NCBI GenBank assembly: GCA_951406725.2
Contig: OX597814.1
Location: 193,750,001 to 193,814,000, forward strand
DNA from: Octopus vulgaris
Taxonomy: Eukaryota
Reading direction: 5' to 3'
Length of the DNA stretch: 64,000 bases
Positions 14,540 to 29,151 of the stretch are shown one piece after another. The notes below the pieces were generated by a model, which was not told the DNA's origin, ran no database searches, and worked only from the letters and a program-made list of their open reading frames with translations. The first letter of the stretch is position 1. Every line of letters starts with the position of its first letter. The translations under genes were made by a program, and so were the position numbers.

Positions 14540-14720
14540 TTCCATGTTGCGACGATGTCCGCTTTTTAACTCAACATACTGATGAAGAGATTTTCTTTCA
14601 GACAAAACCACAGCAGCATGCCTTTTTATGGTGTATATATGTTTACTGTAATGAAAGGTGATTATATTAATTTAACGATGTTTCCGTTGCAATCACCAAG
14701 TTCGTGTGTGTGCATATCTA

Positions 14721-14841
<121 letters not shown>

Positions 14842-14844
14842 TTA

Positions 14845-15010
14845 TTTTCTCTCCTTGATTCTTTCTGTGTGCCTTTGTGTGGAAGAGTGTAGGCTCGAAA
14901 CGTTAAAGACTTTTTCACTTCCCGAGTGTTAAACTAATACATCTGTTTGTTGTCTACACCACCTGTCTTCGCCATTTGTTTTGGTTTTTTTTTGTGAATT
15001 CTCTCCCTAT
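14845..15010 (+). mobile_element. Family H1 repeat copy
   Basis: gaagagtgtaggctcgaaacgttaaagactttttcacttcccgagtgttaaactaatacatctgtttgttg. Confidence 0.75.
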
Positions 15011-15192
15011 TAATTAGCCGAAATTTGCTAGGACGATCCGGTTCCTGACTGAAGATTAGAGGCTTCGAATGACCCGTCCGTTTTTGTGTCGACTCTTTGT
15101 GTTTTTTGCCTTCTTGTCCCATTTTTATATATAATTTATATATATATATATATATATATATATGGAATAACCACTTTGAAGCATTGTGTAGA

Positions 15193-15358
15193 ATATATTG
15201 TACAAAGGATCATGGATAAGGTCAGAACAAGCTAAGTAAATGCAAGGCAAATCACAAGAAAAAATGTATAAGTCGACATTAATTCATATATTTGTTTTCT
15301 TGTGATTTGCCTTGCATTTACTTGCTCTAGTATACCCACGATCCTTTATACAATATAT
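15193..15358. repeat. Foldback palindrome (~165 bp)
   Basis: aagtaaatgcaaggcaaatcacaagaaaa / ttttcttgtgatttgccttgcatttactt plus outer atatattgtacaaaggatc / gatcctttatacaatatat. Confidence 0.9.
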
Positions 15359-15402
15359 ATGCATGTATGTAGAAAGAGAAAGAGAGTGGGACAGAGAGAA
15401 AG

Positions 15403-15506
<104 letters not shown>

Positions 15507-15939
15507 GTTACTGCGGCCATACCGGCACACTACTTTGGGGAATTTTAACCGAATAGATCGATCCCTGTACTTTTTTTAGAGCCTGATTCTTATTCTATCG
15601 GTCTTTTACGCCGAACCGCTAAGTTACGGAAACAGCAATACCGCTTGTCAAACTATGGTATGAGGACAAACAGACACAAACTCTCACACACATACACGCA
15701 CACATACATACACAAACTGTCATATCTCCAACTGCTTCAGGTGGCAGGATATCAAAAATTGTCAAAGTGTAGTACAACAGTTTTGCTTTGGAATGGTGCA
15801 AGTATTTATTCGTTTTCTGAAAAAGCAATGTTTTGGACTTACGACACTTTTGCATAATAGCAACAATATATATATTATTACATGCAACATATTATAACAT
15901 AAAAACAAATACTAATATATATATATATATATATATATT

Positions 15940-16270
15940 GGCCCAGGCGTGGTTGCGTGGTAAGAGGCTTGAGCAAGTGTCTTCTACTATAGTCTCGGGC
16001 CGATCAAAGCTTTGAGAGTGGATTTGGTAGATGAAAACTGAAAGAAGCCCATCGTATGTGTGTGTGTGCCCTAGTTTGCCCCACACACACACACACACAC
16101 ACCATCGCTTGACAACTGCTATTGATGCGTTTAAGTCTGCGCAAAAAAGACCGATAGAATAAGTATTAGGCTTACAAAGAACTAGTTCTGGGTTCAATTT
16201 GTTCAACTAAAGGTGGTGCTCTAGCATGGCCGCTGCCAACTGTGAGAAACTAATAAAAGAATAAAAGAAA
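15940..16270 (+). mobile_element. SINE family C, internally deleted
   Basis: Shared family C body and gaataaaa-type tail. Confidence 0.8.
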
Positions 16271-16311
<41 letters not shown>

Positions 16312-17150
16312 TATATACATACATCTATGTACATACCTACCTATATATGTATATATACATGCATATATTGGCACAGGACATAAAAAAACGTTGAACATAA
16401 TGAGAAATGAAAACATAAAAACAAAAACATAGGAAACGAACTTTTTTTCGAACAACAAAAAAAAAAGAGGAAACGTGACATGCAACATAAAGAATATTCT
16501 CCTTCATCAGTTGTCCCTGTTTCATCTACTCCGCTTTCGAAGGCAAGGACAATACGCGACTTCCTTGAAACAATCCTTCCCGCAAACAAATAAAATAAAG
16601 TTTCGGATGGATTTTTTTGCGAAGGGCGAAAGGGGTAACAAGAACAGGACAGTGAGAACAAGACAAGTGAGAACAAGGCTGTTATCGTCTTGGCAATACA
16701 GGACAATTAAGCATTCGGACAGATAGACGATACAAAGGGGGACGGGAGAAACAATTAGAAGGCTAGGGTCATTCATGGCCTTCTTTCCTCAGTCAAGTTA
16801 CCAGAAGTCCTTACTGTTTCGGGCAGTTACACTTGAGACAGTTCGATCTGGTTGTCCCCCAAAAAAGTCTAAACTAAGTGCATTAGACCCCTTTGTAAGA
16901 AAGCTAGCGAATGTGTACAGCAACAATGACAAAAACCGGAGAACATGGTACACAATTACAAATACAAACAAGAAAATAACAACGGGTGTCTTTCGACTGA
17001 GAACAAATCAAATTGAGCTGGCGTGTGTATGAAGTGAAAGCCTAAAAGCAGGAACATAGGAGATGGACATATGTGTGTGTGCTGGTATATATGTATGTAT
17101 ACATGTATGTATGTGTGTGTATGTGTGTGTGGATGTTTTCAACCTAGATG

Positions 17151-17192
17151 CAACACCGTGCTTCGAGAGCTTGTTCCATCTCATCAGTGAAG
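17151..17192 (-). ncRNA. Hammerhead-like motif
   Basis: Minus strand: ctgatga ga-tggaacaagc-tctc gaag cacggtgtt; canonical CUGAUGA but GAAA is altered. Confidence 0.45.
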
Positions 17193-17556
17193 AAAATAGT
17201 TGCTGTTTATATATAGAAGTCTTGTAAAGCGAGTTCTGACAATTGCAATGCTATTAGTGCTGTGTTAATGAGAAAATAATTCGGTCTACCAAAGCGACAA
17301 TTATAGCAGATTCCACACAGGTGTATACTGCATATTTTGCGTTCTCGTGCAAGTGGTATTTATCATATGTACGTGTGTGTGTTTGTGTGTATGTGTGTGT
17401 GTGTGTTTGTGTGCGCATGTGTGTATACACATATCTTATACACACACTCACAAACATACTTCGCGATTTTGGAAATATTTTACACATAAATACATATTTA
17501 CTCATATGCACACATATATATACACACACACATATACATATATATATATGTATATA

Positions 17557-17634
<78 letters not shown>

Positions 17635-17699
17635 TACATATATATATATATGTATATATATATACGTATACGTATTCATATATATATGTATACATATAC

Positions 17700-17734
<35 letters not shown>

Positions 17735-17934
17735 TGTATGTATGTATGTATGTGCGTACGGACGCAGTCACATTTATATATTTATTAGAAACTATCCTGG
17801 ATAACACTTAAACAAATACAAAAGCAGTTATATACAACATCGTATATAAACATATTCAGGTTTTCACATACACTAAAACACACACACACTAAGTATGTAT
17901 GTATAAATTATTATCATCATCATCTTCATCAACA

Positions 17935-18041
<107 letters not shown>

Positions 18042-18935
18042 GAGTGAGAGAGCACTGCATGCCATCAAAGTGACACTGGGGTAAAATATACGAAGCCCAG
18101 TATACCCATCATGACTACCCCTGTGATAAGGGTACACTACGCACATGCATCACAACCATATGTTCGCGACATGGTGATCTCATATCAAAATAAACAGCAC
18201 ATGACCTTGCTGGTGGGGCCCAGTTAGAATTTTCTACTTGTTGAGAAGCACATCCCACTCAAAAGGTCCTTGAATAAGGACTGTTTAAGGATGTTGAACG
18301 AACCACCCATGTTTCAACAGGTGAATTATCCAAACCTCGAAGAATTCCTTTCAATACACGGCTATGATGCTCCCCGACTACAACTGACAAGTAAATCTGT
18401 GGTATTGAGCAGAATATTTGCTGTAGCCCGTCTTTTATACCAAGACAAAACAATGTACATGATAATACTTCCAATCAGTTAAGATCAGCAGCCATGAGAG
18501 TCACTGGCTGGTTCAGCATCAGGGCATAATGGTACTCCATCATGGCATAATTGTTATTATTATTATCATTATTATTATTGAATGAGATAGCAGTATATGC
18601 CATCAAAATGACACTGGGGTAAAATATACGATGTTGAACAAAATACCCATGTTTCCAAAGGTGAATTATCCAAACCCCAAAGAATCCCTCTCAACACATG
18701 GCTATGATGCTCCCCCATTACTTCTGCTCGTGGTCAGAGATGCACATATCATTAGCCACTAAGGGACATGCTCAACTGGTTATGGTCAAACAACTGACAA
18801 TCAAATCTGTGGTAGTGAGTAGAATATTTGCTGTAGCCCCTCTTTTATACCAAGACAAAACAATGTACATAACACTTCCAATCAGTGAAGATCAGAAGCC
18901 ACGAGAGCCACTGCCTAGTACTGCATCAGGGCTAT
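18042..18935 (-). mobile_element. Two tandem copies of the (AAT)n-embedded non-coding repeat (18042-18525 and 18582-18935)
   Basis: Both begin ga(g/a)tgaga(g/t)agca.. and end gcatcagggc; they carry different internal deletions and are separated and flanked by TTA repeats. Confidence 0.85.
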
Positions 18936-18939
18936 TTAC

Positions 18940-19483
<544 letters not shown>

Positions 19484-19781
19484 CTCACATGGAACAATGT
19501 CTCCTAAAATTAGCCAATCAATAGAAAAAAAAACCAAACACACGCAACGTAACACACCAGCTCCTTCCTCGCTGTCTAATGACTCTAAGCGAAAGCAGGT
19601 TTTATACTGCTTCTATATATATTCTGTGTTCCTGGAGCTGCGTTCATGGCATGTGGAATTAATAGTTTCACGCATTAGCATAGACATTAAAGTTGAAAGG
19701 TAGCGGAAACTGTACCTGTCTAACATCAGAATGTTTTATATTTACTGGATTATACATTACATATTCCGCATTTATGCATGA

Positions 19782-19940
19782 GGAGTGGCTGTGTGGTAAG
19801 TAGCTTGCTTACCAACCTCATGGTTCCGGGTTCAGTCTCACTGCGTGGCACCTTGGGCGAGTGTCTTCTACTATAGCCACGGGTCGGCCAAATCCTTGTG
19901 AGTGGATTTGGTAGACGGAAACTGAAAGAAGCCCATCAAA

Positions 19941-20012
<72 letters not shown>

Positions 20013-20532
20013 TGTGTTTGCCCCCCCCCCCACATCACTTGACAACCGATGCTGGTGTGTTTACGTCCCCGTAACTTAGCGGTTCGGTAAAAGAGACCGA
20101 TAGAATAAGTACTAGGCTTACAAAGAATAAGCCCTGAGGTAGATTTGCTCGACTAAAGGCGGTGCTCCAGCATGGCCACAGTCAAATGACTGAAAGAAGT
20201 AAAAGAGTAAAAGAGTAAAAAAGAGGTGCAGGCGCGGCTGTGTGGTTAGAAGCTTGCTTATCAACCACATGGTTCCGGGTTCAGTCCCACTGCGTGGTAC
20301 CTTGAGTGGATTTGGTAGACGGAAACACTGAACGAACCCCGTCGTATATGTGTTTGTAGGTGTGTGTGTGTGTGTGTCCCACCATCGCTTAACAACCGAT
20401 GTTGGTGTGTTTACGTTCCCGTTACTTAGCGGTTCGGCAAAAAATGACTGGCAGAATAATTACTAGGCTTACAACGAATAAGTCCTGGGGTTGATTTACT
20501 CGACTAAATGTGGTGCTGCAGCATGGCCGCAG
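19782..20532 (+). mobile_element. Two tandem SINE family C copies
   Basis: Heads at ~19782 and ~20227, each followed by the family C body. Confidence 0.88.
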
Positions 20533-20557
20533 AATTATACATTTCGCACAGGGTTCT

Positions 20558-20798
20558 TTACAAGGTGCATTCCATAAGTTTTTGGACATTTTGAATAAAT
20601 ACAAAAGTCTAATTTGCAATGCACATCTTGTAGCGCTGCGGCCACTTCGTGAAAGCCCCATGGAAGTCCTCTCTCGTGAAGGCGCCCAAAACACTTACCA
20701 TAACCTCTCCCATCTTCTTCAACCAAAAGTTACAGGGAGCAAGGTCTGGACTGTAAAGAGGGTACGGGACAGTTTTGATGCCCATGCCTGTCAAATAG
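20558..20798 (-). mobile_element. Internally deleted mariner fragment
   Basis: GIKTVPYPLYSPDLAPCNFWL contains the mariner YSPDLAP motif; TIR-like tacaaggtgcattccataagt. Confidence 0.75.
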
Positions 20799-20861
20799 TA
20801 TGTATGTATGTATGTATGTATGTATGTATGTATGTATGTATGTATGTATGTATGTATGTAT

Positions 20862-21445
20862 GTCATTATTCAGTTTATTTCGAGATTTTTGCCAGTAGAG
20901 AAAGAACCGGTTTCTAACCTAGATCCAATGTTCCTTCATTGGAATTTCAACATCAACAACAGGGTATTTTTGTATGTGCAGGTTTGTATGTTTTATGTAT
21001 GTATTCTCATGAATATATTTGCATATCTAGACATGCTCATATATATTTAAATGATAAACTTTTTGATAAACAGATTTTTACAGCTCCAGTAATGGATTGG
21101 ATCTGTGGTTTTCGAATTAGCTTTCTCATTTCTGGTTTTGAGAAGCCTAATTTCTCAAGATTGGTATTTAGGCAGTGTGTTACATATACCAGGGCCTCAA
21201 TAATTACAGGTATAAACCTGAACTTGCAATCTGGATAGCGTAACTGTAGATTTCTCAATAGTTCAGCATAGGTGTTCTTTTTCACTAATCTTCAGCTTAA
21301 TGTTAACATCCGCTGAGTAGCTAGTTTCTACAACTGTGCACAGTTTCTCTTCTCGATCCCAAATCATTATATCAGGTCTGTTGTGCTTATATTTTATTGA
21401 AGTCTTCACTGGTACATTTAACTAGTATTCCTTTTTATGATGCTT
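20862..21445 (-). mobile_element. 5'-truncated RLE LINE inserted in (ATAC)n
   Basis: HNRPDIMIWDREEKLCTVVE..KKNTYAELLRNLQLRYPDCKFRFIPVIIEAL; 3'UTR ends aaactgaataatga(cata)n; ATAC repeats on both sides. Confidence 0.85.
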
Positions 21446-21698
21446 GTATGTATGTATGTATGTATGTATGTATGTATGTATGTATGTATGTGTATATAAA
21501 CATATACACGTTAATTAATGTTGATTAGGCCTACTTCATCCGACATCTTATTCAACTATACTACATAAATAAGCTGTTGGATGAAATCCCAGTCAAGAAA
21601 TTTACAATACATACAGTTATATTGTATATACACATATCGATACATATGATATATATACGTGTGCATAAGTGTGTGTGTGTGTGTGTGTGCGTGTTTGT

Positions 21699-21730
<32 letters not shown>

Positions 21731-22390
21731 ACATACATACATACACATGAGCATGCGTATGTGTACAAATATGTGTGTGTTACGTATGAATGTGATCCAG
21801 GTGTGAACTAATCACACACCACCATATAACATCACAGAAAACGATTTTTTCTTTAGTGTGTGCGTGTATGAAATTTAGAAAAAATTTGCAAGATGGAATA
21901 CATTACTTACGAGTGGTAAATGGCAGAGTGAGGAGAAAAAGCTATGAAACAGTAATTAAAAAAGAAAATTAATTTTCTATACACAGATTCAAGCTTCTGA
22001 AGATGTTTAACCACGCAAAAACATTAATCCATGAGGTGAAGGAATTCTTCTAACTGAAAGCAATAATCTGGCTAATTAACTTCTCAGCTAATCTCTTGAC
22101 TCAACTTGAGAAGAAGAAAAAGAAAAATACAAAATAAATGCGTCTAAGAACCAACTGGAATGTACTTTTGAAAATGAACGATTTATGATAGAAGTGAATT
22201 GTGGAAAGAAGAATAAGCTTTCTCCTGTTACACATGTGCGTGGAAAACAACTGTGAATGCTGGAATCAGGTTATTGGAATGGCATGAAGAATCATATCTC
22301 AAAGACCAGTCCGAAATATGTAGCAATTTGGAAATCTAGTACAAGAATGTTTACTCTTGCTTCAAGAGAAACAGAGCAGGCTAAGGATAC

Positions 22391-22809
22391 CTATTTCTTT
22401 ACTACCCACAAGGAGCTAAACATAAGGAGGACAAACAAGGACAGACAAAGGGATTAAGTCGATTATATCGACCCCAGTGCGTGACTGGTACTTATTTAAT
22501 CGACCCCGAAAGGATGAAAGGCAAAGTCGACCTCGGCGGAATTTGAACTCAGAACGTAAAGACAGACGAAATACCTATTTCTTTACTACCCACAAGGAGC
22601 TAAACACAGAGAGGACAAACAAGGACAGACAAACGGATTAAGTCGATTATGTCGACCCCAGTGCGTAACTAGTACTTATTTAATCGACCTCGAAAGGATG
22701 AAAGGCAAAGTCGACCTCGGCGGAATTTGAACTCAGAACGTAACGGCAGACGAAATACTGCTACGCATTTCGCTCGGTGTGCAAACGTTTTTGCCAGCTC
22801 ACCGCCTTA
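22391..22809 (-). mobile_element. SINE family M with a duplicated body and 17-bp TSD
   Basis: agcaggctaaggatacc at 22375-22391 and 22810-22826. Confidence 0.92.
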
Positions 22810-23113
22810 AGCAGGCTAAGGATACCATCAACTAGAGTAATTGCAAGGAAAGCCATGAGTTAGAAGGACTCATGTTGTTGTTGTTGTTGTTGTTTTAATT
22901 TTTTATGTTATAGTTGAAGGGAAGGTAGTGCCCATAATCCCTTACAAGGCCCTCTGAAACTGGTTGTGTAGAAGAAGAGTCTTCTCTGTCCAATCGGAGG
23001 CTTTGCATGAATGCTAGTTACACAATGGATTCCACTAAAAATATCCAATGAAGTCAAAACGAGTGACGAATTAACACTGTCGACCGAGTAGGCCACGATG
23101 GTATTTGAACTCA

Positions 23114-23343
23114 GCGGCTAGCTGGCAGAAACGTTAGTACGCCGGGCGAAATGCTTAGTGGTATTTCGTCTGCCGTTACGTTCTGAGTTCAAATTCCACC
23201 GAGGTCGTCTTTGCCTTTCATCCTTTCGGGGTCGATAAATTAAGTACCAGTTACGCACTGGGGTCGATGTAATCGACTTAATCCGTTTGTCTGTCCTTGT
23301 TTGTCTCCTCTGTGTTTAGCCCCTTGTGGGTAGTAAAGAAATA
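23114..23343 (+). mobile_element. SINE family M nested in an older antisense copy
   Basis: TSD ggtatttgaactcag at 23100 and 23344. Confidence 0.85.
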
Positions 23344-23659
23344 GGTATTTGAACTCAGAACGCAAAGAACCGTAATAAATACTGCAAGGCATTTCGTCCG
23401 ACTTTCTTATAGTTCCGCCAGTCCACGTCAGAGTAGGCACTTTTTTAATCGACCCTGAAAAGTTTACCAAGCACAAGAAAAGTGACAAAAATGTGAAAAT
23501 AATTAATTGAATGAAAACAAAAACAAAATGTGAAAGTCCTTGAATAGTGTAAAATTCAATTTTAAATGTTGCATCGGTAAGTGTGACAATGAAACATGGA
23601 GTGCGCACAGGTCGAGCGTAGAAAACTTCATCTAGGTTTTCAGTAACAATGTATAATTT

Positions 23660-23844
23660 ACGGGGATGTACTTGCATAGCAAGTGACCTGATCTGAGATC
23701 GTGTGCTGGAACGAAAACAACTGCAGCGTGGAAGGTGTTTATAAGCCATTTAAAAAACACTCAAAATCCGTTAGATTCACTTGAACATTTAAATTTCATT
23801 TGTCAAAAGATTTTCGTCGATTTGAGACCGCGACCTGTTCACTG
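23660..23844. repeat. Unclassified ~185-bp interspersed repeat
   Basis: Highly similar copy at 37890-38074. Confidence 0.85.
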
Positions 23845-24193
23845 ACAAAATTCCGTGCTGCATCTCATGTATAAATCAAAAGAGAAAAATCTCACCTACT
23901 TTTAATTATACCTGTGAAAGTATTTAAAACGATGCTGTGTTTTGACAGTTCTCTACCTTACATTTTGTGATATGTCCTGGATAAGTCTTTAAGCTGAATC
24001 CAGTAGTGGGGACCTTCTACGAGAGATCAAGGATTTTGAGGATTGTCACACCACCGCTTAGCCACTAATCTTCCTTGACCTACACTGACCCGGAGTAGTA
24101 GCACTTGTCAGGATCCCGGCTATGGGTTAATTAGCATGTCACAGAATTGCCTCCAGAAGTAACTCACTCGCGGTCACCCCAATGGACCCAGAG

Positions 24194-24471
24194 TGGAGGC
24201 ACATGGCCTAGTGATTAGAGCAGCGGACTCGCCGTCGAGGGATTGCGGGTTCGAATCTCAGACCGGGCGATGTGTGTGCTTATGAGCGAAACACCTAAGC
24301 TCCACGCGGCTCCGGCAGAAAGAGATGGCGAACTTCTGCTGACTCTTTCGTCACTCTTTCCTCCTGCATCTTGCAGCTCACCTGTGACAGACCGGCGTCC
24401 CGTCCAGGTGGGGAACCTATACCGGGAAACTGGCCCTTATGAGCCAGGTGTGGCTCGAGAAAGAACAAACT
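24194..24471 (+). mobile_element. tRNA-derived SINE family R (V-domain-like body) with 13-bp TSD
   Basis: Head tggaggcacatggcctagtgattagagcagcggactcg; TSD aatggacccagag at 24181 and 24472. Confidence 0.9.
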
Positions 24472-24741
24472 AATGGACCCAGAGCTATTCAGCTCTTTAG
24501 ATGCCCCCCTAAGAGAAGGTAACTCCCTACAAATTCTGCATCCCGATAACTACTGGGCTCGTGGCAACTGTTGCACCAGTCCAATACAAGTTTGAAGGAC
24601 GAGAGAATGGGACTGAACTGGAGCAACGTGAAAGGAAGTGTTTTGCTCAAGAACACAACGCGTCGCCCGGTTCAGGATTCGATGCCACAATCTTACGATC
24701 ATGGTGCTGATACCCTACCCACTAAGCCACGCGCCTCCACA

Positions 24742-24924
<183 letters not shown>

Positions 24925-25056
24925 GATGATGATGATAATAATAATAATAATAATAATAGTAATAATAATAATAACGATAATAATGATAATAATAATGAGG
25001 GGGGAGAGGAGAAGGAGGAAGAGTGGAAGAGGGGAGGAGAAGGAAGAAGACGGTGG

Positions 25057-25097
<41 letters not shown>

Positions 25098-26139
25098 TTA
25101 ACGATGATGGTGATAAAGACGACTATTTAGTCGAAGGAAAATAATCAAAATAGCGATACAAATTCCTACGTTGGAAAACATGAACGTGAATTGAGACCAG
25201 GGAGGGGGAAATATGGCACGTTCCAGAATTGGGAACAATGGAATGATGGAAATTTCTACAGAACTCACTAACTGTACACACACACATACACACACACATA
25301 TGTACATATATGCATATATACAAGTACGTGTACATACACTCATGCATATATATAAAGATATAAAGATATATATACATACATACATACATATATATATATA
25401 TACACACACACATACATATATATATATATATGCTCACATAGCTAGATTACGTAAGAAGTCGCCTCATGCATAAACATACTTTTGCTGGATACTTTACTCC
25501 GTTTCAATTGTATTTCGGTTTGGAGCGCAGCCAAATAATTTCAAGAATTTACTGTTGTTTCGAAGAAAAAATTCTTGGGCAAAATTCATAGCCATTATTC
25601 CATGTACTTTTGTTGAACCTTCTCTCTCCCTCTCTCCCTCTCCTCTTCTGTCTCTGTCCCTGTCTGTCTCTCTCGCACTTTTTGTGTATGTGTATGTATA
25701 TGTATATATGTGTGCGTATGTGTGTGTGTGTGTGTGTGTGTGTACATACATACATACATACATACATACATGTATATGTATCTTTATGCATACATATTGT
25801 CTTCATTATCGCTATAACCTGCTGGATTCCTGCCTGAAATACCCGCTCTCTACAACAATCATCCAACACCACGTTTTTCCCTGTAGTTTTTAATTTTCAT
25901 TTGATTCTATATAATTTTTGTCATTTTCATTTCTTATTCTGCCAAGCTCTACAAGATGATTCACGGACATCTTGCCTTTCTTTTCCTCTTCTGTTTTCTA
26001 AGCAATACACATTCAACGCTTCTAAAAAAAAACAAATGTGTATATGTATATATGTGCTGCACGGACTCCGAAGACGGAAGTATTAGTAAAGGTCGTTCAT
26101 TTTTCAATCGATCAATCGACCGATTGAGTAAACGGAACC

Positions 26140-26647
26140 TAAAATGCGTATCAGAAACTGCTGTAAGTCAGCAATGCACAAATAAATACATCGCCTCCCC
26201 CATGCCCCGACATCACCACACCTCACCACCACAACTCACCACCCTGCACACACTAGCACTGACCACTTCCCACCACCTACACTATCATCCACACACCTAC
26301 ACATGCACACACGCACATGTCAATGTCACCAGCCCCCTTCTACAAGCACATACACGCTCTCACATACGCACGCACACGCACCGTCGTTATGGGATCACCA
26401 CTACTTTATTATCTCCCCTTCTCCCTAGCTCTCCTTTGTGACCCCTCTGTCTGGCATTCGCCATGATAGATCGCTAGCCACTAAACCTTTTTCTATATTC
26501 TCTCTCTGTTTATTTCTGTGTTCCTTTCTGTCGAAGAGCGTTTGCTCGAAACGTAAAAGACTTTCTCACTTCCCGAGCGTTAAGCTTATACATCTGTTTG
26601 TTGTTTACACACCCGTCTTCGTCTTTTGTTTTTTTGTAAATTCTCAC

Positions 26648-26650
<3 letters not shown>
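26140..26650 (+). mobile_element. Longest family H1 copy (hammerhead-like motif at 26524-26559), ending at (TA)n; 5' boundary uncertain
   Basis: ctttctgtcgaagagcgtttgctcgaaacgtaaaag; 3' end aattctcactat(ata)n. Confidence 0.75.
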
Positions 26651-26725
<75 letters not shown>

Positions 26726-26734
26726 AAATTATAA

Positions 26735-26921
26735 ATTAGGGCATCTAAGAGATACCACCACGCTAGGAATAACAGCCAAAACTTGACTCGAAACCCACAT
26801 TGAATGTTCATACATCACCAGGAGGAAGTAACATCTGGTGCTGTATGAACATTTAATGCGGTTTTAGAGTCCAGCTTTGGCTACTATTTCCAGCGTGGTG
26901 GTATCTCTTAGATATCCTAAA
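26735..26921. repeat. Foldback palindrome (~190 bp)
   Basis: atctaagagataccaccacgct / agcgtggtggtatctcttagat and aatgttcatacatcaccag / ctggtgctgtatgaacatt. Confidence 0.9.
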
Positions 26922-27469
26922 TTTTAATAATAATTATTACCTTTGAAAGTTTTTATTCCCATGCTGGCCACCCGATAAGATCGGTATTTAAATAACGCTC
27001 TTATCCTTATTTATATAAATATATATACATATATATATAGGTTTCTATGTATGTATGTGTATGAATGTATATATTTATGCGTGCGTGTGTGTGTGTGTGT
27101 GTACATTTGTGTATGAAATTTTTATATTTATTATTGTCCTCTTGAATTTCTTCTCTTTATTCATCAATTCACTCTTATGTTGAGGTTGCTCTTAATGGAT
27201 AGATAAGTGGAAATATGTCACTTTCGTTCCTCAAGAGTTATGCCATGTGATATCCCTTAATGCCAAAAGCGAAACAGACATTTAAAAGCAATAACAAAAC
27301 AAAACTTACCTCCTTGACTTAGAAGTTTTAATATTCCCTGAGTACGGTGATCTTTTCTAACCTAAAATTAAATTTGATATGAATCAAATTAAGAATTTTA
27401 AGCTAAAAAAATCTAATAATTTCGCCAACACTAAAGAATATATGCATATATGCGTGTGTGTTTTTATAC

Positions 27470-27522
<53 letters not shown>

Positions 27523-27589
27523 CATACATACATACATACATACATACATACATACATACATACATACATACATACATACATACACTAAT

Positions 27590-29125
27590 ATTTACGTTAT
27601 TTAAAGTATTTTAAGCAAAAATGCTAATTATTATTTTCCTTGTGCGATGTATTTGCACTCCAGCCAGTAGCTTTCAGTTATTTGTATACATACCTCTAGC
27701 TGGCCAAGACAGGTCGTTTCAAAGATTGGATGACTACACGACCCGGAATGGAGCAGAAAGGACTGCGAAATATCAATATCTGTCACTGCCTTTGACTTCT
27801 GGTACGATTTCATTTCACCTAGTTTTGAGTTACTCTGTGTTTTTAAGTATAATGCATCTCAATCTAAAGAAAGATTTACAACAAGAAGCCCTACCATACA
27901 TATCCATACACAACCCCCTTAACAATGAAGATTCGACACCATCCTCCAGAACATTCCTCTACTAGAAAGGGACCACAGAATGAATCAAATCCTCCAAATG
28001 TACACCATGATAAAGAGCAAAAGACAATCCAAGTCAATGAAAAGTATTCTAACACAAGTCCAAGTACACTCGTCAACAACATCGAAACCCTCAGTAAAAA
28101 AAATGCGGAAGACCTAACTGTGGTATATGCATCAACCTAATTGGGGGATCGGAGTTCTCCTTAAAACAGGGTCAACGTTTTACTGTGAAAAACAACTTCA
28201 TATGTGCTTCGGAAAACCTAACATATATGCTAACTTGCTCAGGGTGTGCAGAGTAATACATAGACCAAACCAAAAACAATCTACGCCAGAGGATGACCCT
28301 ACATCGAACCCAGATTAGAATTCGAGAATACAGAAAAATAGCATTAAGCGAAAACATCAACATTTGCGCCACTAACGAACAACCTAACTTCAGAATTTTC
28401 CCCCTCTATAAATTCAGGGACAATGCAACTTATTGTCAGCGCATTAGCAAAGAATCTTATTTTATCGCAAAATATAAACCCCTTGTAAAAGTTTCCACTA
28501 CAGATGACACTGCTACAAGGATCTTAGAATAATACCCACGTAAATATTAAAAACTATATATTCATAACAGTCACCACCCATGAATTTATTCAGAACAATT
28601 CCAATTACTACTGCTATGACCACAACAGGTCACTTTTAAGTCACTTGAGCTTTGAAGAAGAACCCACGAACAGTCTACTACTATCATACCACTCCAGTAT
28701 TTTTCTTCTGCTTTATCTTCTTTTCCTACTCCTTCTTTTTCTTTTTCTTCCTCTTCTTCTTCTTCGCCCACTCCTTCCTCGGCTGCTGCTGCTGCTGCTG
28801 CTGCTACTGCTTAAACAATCAAAATCCAGAACCAACATCCCTCATATTAACTTTTTCTTCAGATCTGCAACTATCTACCAAGCCATCACAAAATAAAAGA
28901 GAGACAGACAAAAAAAAAAGAGGAAAATGTCCTACATATTTCAAGACTACGGAAATATTTCGAAAAAAACATTTTATTTAATTTTTCCACAAATTAATTT
29001 TTTTTCTGGCTTTATTCTAATTTGAAAAAGTCGAAAAGACTGAAACCGGTACTAAAATATTCTTCGTGATAAAATTATTTTAGCATTTTCTACCTTGTCT
29101 TAATTTCCTTATACTTATCAACTCA
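27590..29125 (+). mobile_element. Decayed Penelope-like element (GIY-YIG endonuclease) with a 3' hammerhead remnant; boundaries approximate
   Basis: From 28203: CASENLTYMLTCSGCAE*YIDQTKNNLRQRMTLHRTQIR..KESYFIAKYKP; motif ttgaaaa agtc-gaaaa-gact gaaa ccgg ta at 29014-29058. Confidence 0.8.
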
Positions 29126-29151
29126 TGTGTTATTCTTCAACCTTGTGTGTG

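Noticed and set aside
25490-25565. Possible minus-strand hammerhead (..gaaacggagta)
   Set aside because: No recognisable CUGANGA box or palindromic stem III
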